DNA from: Antedon mediterranea
Taxonomy: Eukaryota > Animalia > Echinodermata
Reading direction: 5' to 3'
Assembly (NCBI RefSeq): GCF_964355755.1
Contig: NC_092675.1
Span: 3,715,812-3,779,811 of the forward strand
DNA length: 64,000 nucleotides
A program made the translations under genes and the position numbers. The notes beneath the pieces were generated by a model. That model saw only the letters and a list, made by a program, of their open reading frames with translations. It did no database searches and was not told where the DNA came from. Shown one piece after another: positions 22,793-34,000 of the stretch (the stretch's first letter is position 1; every line of letters begins with the position of its first letter).

Positions 22793-25700
22793 ATTTTACA
22801 GTCTAAGATAGAAACTATATTTGTTTACAGGAAAATTAAAATACAAAGCCTATCTCGGCCGCTCCTCTTTGTTATGTCATGGAGTAAAGGTTATGTTATG
22901 ATGCTCTAACTGTAACTCTTACTCTAATCAAAGATAGTACTGTATCTTTGCTCTAATGAAAATTACGCCCTCTATATTGGTATGAAATCTTCCTGGTAAG
23001 GAAGAGGGAGTGTGGGAAGATTGCTGAAAGATTCCGTATTTTGATAGCTTCTTAAAAGTACATCAAACAACTGCAAAAGCAGAAAATAGTCAGGTAGTAT
23101 CCCCATTTTACACTTTCTCTGGGAAAAAATTAGAAACAAGTGTTTCTCAACTGATTTGTGTCATTTGGGGTCTATATATCCACCAAAAAAAAGTTCCAGC
23201 TCATCTGGCCTGGGGAAACTTAAGTCACCATTTTGGATTTTTAAAATGGCCGCCATAAATTACATTTGCTCATAACTCAGCTTCTACATCATGTATGGAC
23301 ATGATTTTGGTGGTAAAGTATATGTTTTTAGGGTCAAGGAATCCAAATACAGCATTTTGAAGATTATTCAATGGTCGCCATTTTGTTTTTCAAAATGGTC
23401 GCCATAAAATACAGATTTTCTCATATCTCAGCTTCTACAAATTATATGAATGTGATTTTGGTGGCAAAGTGTATGTTTTGAGGGTCAAGGAATGCAAATA
23501 AATCATTTTTAAGTTCACTAAATGACCGCCATTTTGTTTTTCAACATGGCTGCCATAGCATTTTACAGAATTTTCCACATATCTCAACTTCTATCATCAT
23601 ATCTGATTTTGGTGACTAGGCCTAAGTGTATGGTTACAGAATAAACATTTTCAAAATCTTATACCTTGCCATATTAGAGTTCAAAATGGCCGCCATATTG
23701 TATTGCACAGTATATAGTTTTTGGGTTTCGAAATACAAATACACTATTCTGAAATGTTTTTTTGCACAATTGCTATTTTTTATCTTTAAAAATGGAAATG
23801 GTCATGTAGTCCGTGGATTCATAACATATAGCATTAAAATCCATGTAATTTGAATATCTACAATAAATGACTATAAATGATTATGATTTACTGTATTATA
23901 TCTCTAAAAAAAAAAAATTTATTTATAAAATATCAGAAATTATAATGTTTTTTACTCAAATATGAATGAAAGAAATAAATGTTTATTTGAATTGAATTGA
24001 ATTGAAATGGCCACAATAAACATACAGCTTATTAATTGTCAGCTATCGAGCAATCGTCATCACTTTCCTCGTATGTTCCTTTACCATTAGAGCAGTGACC
24101 ACTGCAATAACCACACACAGCAACACATGCTAAAGAGTACTTTCTACATCTGCATTTGTTTGTGCTGCATAGGTTTCCTCCTTTGCAGTTACAGCATATT
24201 GATTTCAGTAAAGATTGAGGTGCAATATCATCGTCTGTCATGATTGGAGATGATTGTCATCATAAATCCTCCAGCCTCTTTCATCGGGTTTATAGCATTT
24301 GTATTCAAGAGCTTCCATGTAATAACTTGCTGACGAGAGTACTTTATAGTTGAACAATTTTTGGTGGTAGTCTGTCTGGATTTAGTTTACCCTTTGCTGC
24401 ATGTCGCACAAATTAGTCATGTCTTGCCTTGGAAAAGATATCTGGATTCAGACCATGTAATCAGCATAGCCTTAATACCATATTTACTAACATTTTCGAT
24501 GCTTGATAGCAGGTTGGTGAAAATCGTAGGAGGGAATTTCTTCTTGTGAATGTAAATGGTTTAGTGTATCCACATATAGATGATACAGTGTCACATACAG
24601 ACCATGCATAATTAAAAAGAAATTCATCACGGTCAGCGATTAAACCAGTAATAGACGATATGTTAAAGATTCAGCTACTTGTTTGAAAAAAGAGTTTTGG
24701 TTGGATAATGGTAGCATAAAAGAACACATCTGTATCTTCTGCAACAACTACAACCGCATTTGTATCAGAACAATTGGTTTGAGATATAGCTTCTTTAACC
24801 ATTACCGTGTCCGTGTCAGCTTGGATGGTTTTAATACCACATCTTTCCATTTCCTGAGTTGAGAGAGTAATGTTATGAAAGATGCTTTGTTGCAGCCATT
24901 ACGAAGTAATTCCTCTCGTTCTGATGAAACCTTGGTATCTAGAGTAATGTTCACATTACTGCTTGTTTTCTTCTGGAATGTTCTTCGATGATGCTTGTAG
25001 CCTTTGGTTGGCTAGGATATCCATCCCAAACAACTATACACCACCATTAAATTTCCTCTGGAAGAGGCATATGTAGGACATCACAACATCAGAAAAGTAA
25101 CCACTTTATTCCATGGTACTTGGTGTAAGACCAACCACCATCAACAATGTGAACAGATACGGCATCTATTGTGGTGGTGTTGGTAACATTCTCCTTCAGC
25201 ATTCGACCAAATTTTGATTTTTCTGGCTTTAAACAAAGCTGTTGGAACAGGTGTCAGTTCATATCCAAATGCCGTTTCGAAGTCTCCATCTCTTTCAGAG
25301 AGAACAATAAGTCTGTTGAAGAGAACCGTTTTTTCGACAGAAATCTTCTTTGTTCCAACTTTTACATGCTTTTCAAGAGAACTTAGTAGTTTGACTTTCA
25401 TAGGTAAGTGGCATCGTCCAAGCTTTCTTGGATGTCTTGGTCAATTGTTCCAAGCTTGTTCACAACTGGTTTGTGTCGGTTATATTCAATCCAGTTGAGA
25501 GTGAAGCTATCACAAGAGGATCGCTTACCACTATAAATGGTCTTTCTGTAGACGTACTTTCCCGAAATCTTTGTTTACTTCGTTTGTCTCTCTTTAACCG
25601 ACCCTTTCATCCATCATCATTTCCAGATGCTAGAAACCCACACTTTTACTGAATTCGTATGACGAAGTCTGCCACGTGTGAGACCGCCACTTTTATTTGT

Positions 25701-25998
25701 CTTTTCGCATTAGGGTTCCTCTATTGTCATGTCTGAAAACTTATCATCACTATAACAGCTCTGAGAGCTTTTGAATATGCAGCTCCCTTTAAAATGTAAG
25801 TGACAGTATTTGGTTCATAAAGTAAGCAAATCACATCTTCCAAACCCGAACCATCATTATATGTACAATACAACCCAGGATGCTCTTGAGAAGATTGAAT
25901 CATCCAAGCCTGACAACAACAGGTGCCTTTTCTTAACTATCTGTATTGTTTTAACCCACAGTGGTTGATTATGTCGACTTCTCCACTGATCCAGTACT

Positions 25999-27574
25999 CT
26001 GGGGCGGATCCAGACATTTTTTAGAAGGGGGGTCCGCCGATAAAAAGGGCACATCAGATATTGAGTATTTGAGCCACAGCCCCCCGAATTTTGTTACAGG
26101 ACACACTTAGATGGCCGGAAATGGCACTCTCGCACGCAAAATCCATGATAAATGGCACCTTTCTAGTTCGCCGGAAATGACACTTTATTAGCAGGGATAA
26201 CGATGCAAAATTAAAAGTTGTTATTTTTCAACCAATTTAAACATTATCTGTTGGTATTTTGTTTCAATATTCCAATAAAGAAAGAATTACGAAAATCTGA
26301 CTTGTAGTTTTCGAAATATAGGGTCTAAAACATTGCCGAAAATGATCGTTTTTAGCCACGAACGTTGTAAACAAATTGCGCCATTTTTCGCTAAAATAAT
26401 TACATATAATTACGTTTTATAGTAATTTCTTTTATATATCAACATTGGAAATATCAATAAAATATGTTATTAAATGTTTATAAAATATATAGAGTTGTTT
26501 ATTTAACGGAATTCGAACAAATTCATTGCTCTAAATTTGTGTAGTACCGTTCAGTACGGAGAGATCACGTGACTTCTTGGTACACGCGATCGAGAGAAAA
26601 CATTCCGCTGTGGGTGATTCGCGTCCACCAATCAAATAGCCAGAATCCAAAATCATTCAACCGTGAGCTCTGCCGATCGCGGGAAAGCTCAGCTTTGATT
26701 GGCTTACGATGACATCATATCACAAAATGGTGGTTTTGTAGTTGAGCCTCACGTAATTTTCACAAATATTGTTTCAAAAATGAAATAAATGAACCTTCTT
26801 TATGGTATGTGTGATTTTTCTTTAAAAGATTTGAATAATAAAGGCTTCATATCGAGAAAAAAACATTTTTTTGGCACTTATAATAAATATTTCTCAGAGA
26901 AAAAAGCACATGGCTTGTAGAACTATATTATCTTGGCGTAGGAAGACAAACAAATCCCAGGTCATGAGAGGCTCAACTACAAAAACAAGGTTGAATAGTA
27001 TAGTGCAAGGACCGTTCGATGATTTTTGAGTAAACAATCTACCGCGTATGGTCGTACGCGCTAGATAGTACGATATTTTAACTACATTTTTTACATGTTT
27101 GGTTGGTTGGATGTAATGGAAATAAAAAATAGTTGATCTGATGGAATGATATGTAAATAAACAAATACTCAAAAGAATTATGTTTACAGTTCAATTATTT
27201 TCAGAATAATAATACATAAAAATGTGTTTACCAATGGACAAATAATCGCGTCAATGACATAGCGCGCATGGTAACGTACGCGGAGTTGAATCGTAAAAAG
27301 TTTACATGCGCCCTCTGTAGTATGCGAAACGATCTATTTTTAGAAGTTTAAGTAGAGATCATCACGCGTCACCACTAGTCTCACGATGCTCTTTGATCGG
27401 CCGCCGTAACTTAACATCGCGCTCATTGTGATAAATTTCTGTTTTTATTTTTGGGGTTAGTGTAGCCTACTCTGTGCATACTAATATACACACAAATATG
27501 TCACACGAATAAAATATTGAACCTCTAAAAAAAGGGCACCCTTAAAATTTAGGGGGGGTCCGGACCCCGTGGAC
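25999..27574 (+). mobile_element. Nested non-autonomous DNA element (GGGGCGGATCCAG end), right end truncated
   Basis: Left end CTGGGGCGGATCCAG...GGGGGGTCCG. Subterminal GGGGGGTCCGGACCCC at about 27553-27568. Interrupts the Academ-like ORF region. Confidence 0.5.
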
Positions 27575-27580
27575 GTGCTG

Positions 27581-28409
27581 GGGCCGGATTTATCAAACTT
27601 GCTTAGCAAAAAAATCGTCTTAACTTTGCCTTAAATCCTTGATTTTGCCTAAGTCAGATTTATCAATATATCTAAGCAAAAAAATTTGCTTAATTTTGTC
27701 TTAAATCTAAGACGAAAAACACCCTGCCTTAAGATGAAAAATTTCGTCTTATCTCATTTCTGCAACAGAAACATTCTTTTTTGATCGACAACGCGAGCGC
27801 GCTAGGCCGGAACATTGAACATTCGGAAAGGCTACGCTAGTGCGTTTTACGCTGTACTACGGACGCTAAAATAATGATATCGATCTTCACAAAGATGGCC
27901 TAGAAATTGGACGAGCAAAACTAATATTTTCGGGATAGGTACGACCCAATTGACTAGCCTTTAGAAAACTGTATCGGCTGCCAAGGGTCGCTGTCATTGA
28001 TAAAAATAAATAATGTTGATTTGATTTAAGTTTAGAGCGAATGATTTTCGTATGTATTTCCGACTGTTGTGCTCTTTCTCTATTTCAAGTAATAAAAACA
28101 ATAGTAGCCAGAATGCGCCCTCTCTTGTTGGGAGTGAAAATACGGAGATAAAATGTTATAGCGCCGCCATCGCTAAGAGAAAAAAGCTAATACGCATGCG
28201 TAAGCAAGAATTTTTCGTCTTAAGACATAATTTGCTGCCCTGTAGAGTTTAATTTTGCGCATGTGCAAAGTAAAATTGACCTAAGACAATTTTTCTGCTA
28301 AGACATTGCTAAGACGGTTTGATAAATAAGATTAAGTTATTTGCTTAAGCACTTCTTAAATATTTCAGCTTAAGCAAAAATATAAGCAAATATTGATAAA
28401 TGCCAACCC
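27581..28409. mobile_element. Harbinger-like MITE nested in the Academ-like element
   Basis: Imperfect TIRs GGGCCGGATTTATCAA / TTGATAAATGCCAACCC, with CTTAAG-rich subterminal repeats on both sides. Confidence 0.55.
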
Positions 28410-29113
28410 TGGTCTCCGGTGTATTTGGTAAACCATCCATTCACGACATAAGACGCTGCTTTAAATGGGATCTCTTTTGTCACAAAAAGCATATATGATG
28501 ATAAAAGCTGAGATATGAACAAAATTCTGTAAATTTTATGGCAGCCATTTTGAAAAACAAAATGGCGACCATAGAGTGAACTAATTTGCATTCATTGACC
28601 CTCAAAACATACATTTTGCCACCAAAATCACATCCATTTATTTTGTAGAAGCTGAGATATGAGAAAATCTGTATTTTATGGCGGCCATTTTGAAAAACAA
28701 AATGGCGGCCATTGAGTGAACTTCAAAATACTGTATTTGGATTCCTTGACCCTAAAAACATATACTTTACCACCAAAATCATGTCTGTACATGATATATA
28801 AGCGGAGTTATGAACAAAAATCTGTAATTTATGGCGGCCATTTTAAAAATCCATAATGGCGACGTTCCCCAGGTCAGATGAGTTGGAACTTTTTTTTGGT
28901 GGATATATAGACCCCAGATGACACAAATCAGTCGAGAAACATTTGTTTCTAATTTTTTCCTAGATTGGCCCTTTTTAGACTTAATTTAGGGATACTAAGG
29001 TTTTTTGTTCGCCTATTTAGAGTCTGATTTTATTAATCTTCATTTTTTTTCATGTTTTGGGGGAACATCTTTAAAGTATGTATATAAAATTTAGTCCACA
29101 TGTGGTAGCTTAA

Positions 29114-29446
29114 AGATATATTGTCCCCCTAAAAAAATATTTTTTTTGAATATGTTATTTTAATGTCACATAATAGTTATTCACTCTCACAAAAAATTGG
29201 GTCTGAAAAAAATTTATTTACCTGAGAAAAATGTAATTTAAAGCAAAAAATGGTCAAATTGTCTGGAAAACAATGAGTTTTTGGGTAATTTAACTGTTTA
29301 TTTTGTCTTTTTATAGGCGAAATACTTTTTTTCCCCCGTTTTTTTTCTTATGGAAGTGAACTACTTCATTAAAACTGCAAAATGGCCCATTCAAAGTCCG
29401 ATTTTAAAAATCTTTATTTTTTATGATTTTGGGGGACAATACATCT
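29114..29446. mobile_element. TTAA-flanked MITE (Kolobok-like)
   Basis: TIR AGATATATTGTCCCC / GGGGACAATACATCT with TTAA on both sides. The paralogous site at about 12797 has a single TTAA. A related decayed copy is at about 6476-6655. Confidence 0.75.
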
Positions 29447-30253
29447 TTAAGTTCAGTTTTTAACCTTTGCAATCTTAGGTCAACATCCTTTAATAAATGT
29501 CTTGTTTTTATGATTATTTTTCTCATTCTAAAATAAATTATTTAACATTAGATAACTGTAGTAGTTGTCGCTAAAATAAAAAGTAAGTTTTTTTATGTTG
29601 TTTATAATTTTTTAAATACAAGAGCTGTACATGCTTATATATTCATTTTTTCACTCCACGATAAAACAAAGTCATCAATGTGTTCTTCAATAAACTACAA
29701 GTAAACATGTTTTCCTAATATTGTATTTTTTTTTTTTTTTTTAGTATGTAGGGGAAATTCAATGATTTGTGTTGGTAATTTATATGTTTGCAATATCAAA
29801 TATACATATGCAACAATTAACAGTATAACCTTAATATTTAATATTGTAACTAGCATATTGTTTTTAATCTATCAATATTGTGTGTATTACAATATACAAA
29901 GTACTTTTTGTGATAAAACATTTAATAAGGGTAGAATAATTGTATTTATTTAAATTCTAAGATTATTTTAAAGTCAAGAAAAGCAATAGTCTTATTATAC
30001 TTATAGATACTATAGTATAAGATGGATTTGATTAGGTAAGGAGTTGTTCAATAAATACACAACAACAAAAAGACAAATACACAACCTGCCACCATCAATA
30101 AAAATTGTGCACATAGGGGGTTGGGAAATCCTCAACATTAATCCACACTTGTGGAACAAGGAATTCTTAAAAGAACACAGTGTGGCCTAGAAAATGGTCT
30201 ACTGTACGGAAACAGGCAACAGTCATGTCAACAATCACAGTGAGTGCGGCCTA

Positions 30254-30413
30254 AAGCGTGGTTCCCACTAGAGACGCAACGCAAGGACGTATGCGCAACG
30301 AAGATGAGTTGACCAATGACAAGCCACTGTTCGAATAATCCATCGCTTGTGATTGCTCAAATCACTTACGTTGCGTTATGTCCTTGTATTGCGTCGGTAG
30401 TGGGAACCAACCT
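30254..30413. mobile_element. Harbinger-like MITE (TGGTTCCCACTA TIR family)
   Basis: Palindromic ends TGGTTCCCACTA / TAGTGGGAACCA. Other copies at about 38461-38612, 46450-46582 (partial) and 12445-12575 (partial). Confidence 0.7.
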
Positions 30414-31015
30414 TAAGTAGGTAGAACTGTGATGCAAATTTTATGATAGGACACTATAAGATGAACTTTTAAAATCGAAAATAACTGACTTCTGTATATT
30501 TGAATAGCTAATTTCCATGCTATACAAATAAATATGAATAATTCATTATTTACTTTTATGAAAATGACATATAGTTATATATATTTATTTTTAATTGTGA
30601 TGAAGTTAATACTAAAAACAGATGAATCTTTAATACGAATGATAAACATTTGCACCGCTAAATTATTGACCACATAAACCTGACTGTTTCTGATCTGGCG
30701 GAAATAATAATCATTTTAAAGAAAAATGATTAATAATGCTATCATCTTTTTTAGTAGCGATTATAAAATATTTATAATAAAATATTAATTATACTAAACT
30801 TAATTATTTAATCCATGTAATCACTTTATATCCCCCTTTGCTTAAAATCAGTATGTATAGATAAAAACTATACCATTACCAATCTATACAGTGATCAGTG
30901 AATTGTACCTAATATTTAAAGTCAAGCCAAAAACGATATTAAATTGTGTACAAGCAACATACATAATCTATTTTTACACCGAAACGATAATTATATAGAG
31001 GATTATGGGTAACAG

Positions 31016-34000
31016 TTAGCTGGCGCCACCTATCAGTCTTTCAATGGCGGCATTTACATCACCATTTGTAGCCGTGAGTGCTCTTATGTTTGCATCCCTA
31101 TCTACAAAACCCATAGTTGCTAATTGTTCTAGTTGCGTCCGAAATTGAACCTCTGGAGCCTGAAAAGAGAGATTAATTGAACTTTAGTGTTTTTACATCA
31201 TGACTACATTTGTTAGTAGAAAACACCCCCACTACATATTAAATATTTGCTATATGCATAAAATGTCTGTCCTAAAACTTCTGCCCAGTTCTCTAACAAG
31301 ATTTACTGGAATCAATTGCAAGAGAGCTGACTTATTTCCTAAAACTTACTGCCCCTAACCCAAAAACTAAGGACTCTGGGCTCCAGTTCTATAAGGTGAA
31401 GTTCAACGATTCAACCAAAGAACTGGCTTGCTAAAAACTGTTGACCTTTAAGCTTATATAAGCCTAAAAGTTCCTAAGTTGTCCTATAACTAAAGTCATG
31501 CATTATTCATTCCTTAACACATTAGGAAAAAAATAAAGTTATCCCTGTTCTTACCTGAACTGTATTTGCACCTGTAGATAATGACTGCATCATTGTTGAC
31601 ATCATTTGAGACCACTGATCTGCATTGGGTGCTGAGCCTGTAACGGTGGGGGCTGTTGATGGTGTGCTACTTGTAGTTGTACTTGTTGTCGATACATTTG
31701 CTGTACTAAGTGTTGGCATTGTCCCAGTCAATCTAACAAAACAAAATACTGTACATTATATATATTTTAAACAAGACTGGGTGATGTTACACTAGATATT
31801 AGTGGGTGTGTCTGCTTTATTTAATTAATAATTTGTTTGTTATTATTTAAATATACCTGACGACCTCTTCAGTCCAGAGGTTGTGATGTACAAGTGCACA
31901 CGAGCTAGATTTTGTGACTATCATTTAGCATATGTACTTACTCTAGGGTATAATCCCTTTATTTGATTATGATGGAAAAATAACTGTATACAAGTGTACT
32001 GTATATAACATTGGTTTAAAAAGATAACGACAAAGACGAGCAGTCTGTTGTTACTATTTTCAAACACCTTATACTTTTTTTATGTTTCACACATTTATTC
32101 ACAATTACATTTACAATATTTAATAGTATACCAAAAGAAGAGAGTGCTCGTCAGTTTGGTAACCATTATTTAAATGCATTTAAAGGTACGGTACATACAA
32201 CATTCAACACAAATTATGTAAAAAAAGTAAAAACATTGGTCGCCTGCGACCGGTCAGCACCTCCGGTGACGTACATAAGCGCGACCACCAACCAAAGTGA
32301 CCACCACAGGTGAGGTATAAAAGGGAAAAAAAACAGGATGAACACTGTTTTTCCCCTGGAAGCACTATACCGATCATAAGCGACTCAGTAGGCATATAAT
32401 AGGCAGGGCTCGATTTAGTGCTAGCCCGGCGTACAATGGCTAGTAAAAACAGCTCCGGGCTACCTAAAGTATCTTCCTTTAAGCCCGGATGGCTAGTAGG
32501 TTGTGGGAACTCGAAATTGGGACGAAATGACCTCATAAAAATAACTCCAGCATAAAAGACATATGTCTTGGCAACATCAGCAAAAAAAACCACTCGCGCG
32601 CTGCTGTGGCCATAACAAGTGATGATGTAGGCGGAGCCTCTCATAATCAAGCCAATTTCCCGAATTATGATTGGCCATTTATGTTTTTGTCACCCAGGTT
32701 ATTGTGAAGTAGGCAGAGCTTCATTATCAGGTCAAACATGTCACAAAAATATGACCATAAATAACAAACTGTGATTGGCCAAATGTAGTAGAATTTTGTC
32801 AATGTTAAAAATACTCGTCTAGTCTTGTCAGGCCTGGTTGTCACAGATCAAAGCTAGGGATATTTTGTAGGGCCGGGTGGCTGGCTCTATCCCTGTAGGT
32901 AGGCCATGGAGGCCATATTTTATAATATGCGTAAGAGGCCTAGATAGAATCAAAAGCCATCGTTTGGCATCGTGATGGCTGCTCAGCAGCTAGATACTAC
33001 CATTTTGGTAACAGTAGGCCAGGTGCTCCAATGCGATCTAGGCCTAGGCCCTAGGCTAGGTCTATCCTAGCTACCCTACTATAATAATAGGCTCTAGGCT
33101 AGGCCTAGCCTAAGGTAGACAGAATCTAATTAGTTTTCTTGGCTAGGTTGAAGCCCAACAACAAAAGACCTCAATAAATCGATTCTGTGAATATGGTGAG
33201 CATGAAATAGACTGTGCGTCGCGACGCAAAGTTAATTTTTATAATGTGAACAATAAAGAAATACAATTTTGTGTAATTTTTCATGCAATAATAGTTTAAT
33301 ACAGTATGTATGTAAATGTGTAGCAATTCTCGAACATTTAGATTAGTGCGCCCTCTATTGAACAAAATGCCTGAATTCATTTATATGGCAGCCCTGCTGC
33401 AGCTATCACGGTGCGATAATAAGAGTGGGCTAGTAAAATAATGTATGGGCTAGTGAAATCTACAGTGAACTAGCCCAGTGGGCTAGCAACATGAAAAAGA
33501 TAAATCGAGCCCTGATAGGCCTAATGTTTTTGTTTAGTTTCTCCTCTTTTTTTAGTATGTACTCAATATCATTTCTTTAGTTTCTTTTTTAACAGAGTAT
33601 TGGGATTTTAATCTATTTGTTTTATAGAGCGAGTTCCAAACATTTGGTATGTACATTTTCTTTGAATTTCAAAGGTTTTTTGGGTGTTCACTTTTTTTAC
33701 TTACCCAGGTAAGAGGCCTGGTGCTTCTTGTTGTAGCTGTTGCATTCCCTGTTGTATCTGCATGATTGCCTGTACGGCTCTTGGATTTGTCATAGCCGAC
33801 TGCATCTCAGGGTTTTGCATCTTTTAAAAAATAATAAAACATCATATCATACTATAGTGCATAGTTCTTAAAAAATGTTCCATAAGGATTTTAAATCATG
33901 CAATATTTATTAACATATTAAATTATCATTTAAACATGTAATGTACATAAATTTGGTATTTTTTTAAATCCCTGTGTTGCCTTTCTCAATTCTGTTCTAC

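Larger units (their letters stand above)
23095..28997 (-). mobile_element. Degenerate Academ-like DNA transposon with about 500-bp TIRs and 3-bp TSD
   Basis: Ends TAGTATCCC...GGGATACTA. TIRs about 23095-23620 and 28475-28997. AGG duplicated at 23092-23094 and 28998-29000; an empty-site-like sequence lies at about 12637-12650. Broken minus-strand ORFs at 24032-25990 end in a Cys-rich CxC..C...C.C......C...C..C...C.N domain. Confidence 0.75.

Noticed and set aside
24032-24241. Host Tesmin/CXC or metallothionein-like gene
   Set aside because: Lies within matched long TIRs with a TSD and follows frameshifted ORF fragments, so it is better explained as a transposon Cys-rich domain.
32204-32650. 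148-aa minus-strand ORF
   Set aside because: Straddles a TE boundary inside a ubiquilin intron and has no recognisable motif.
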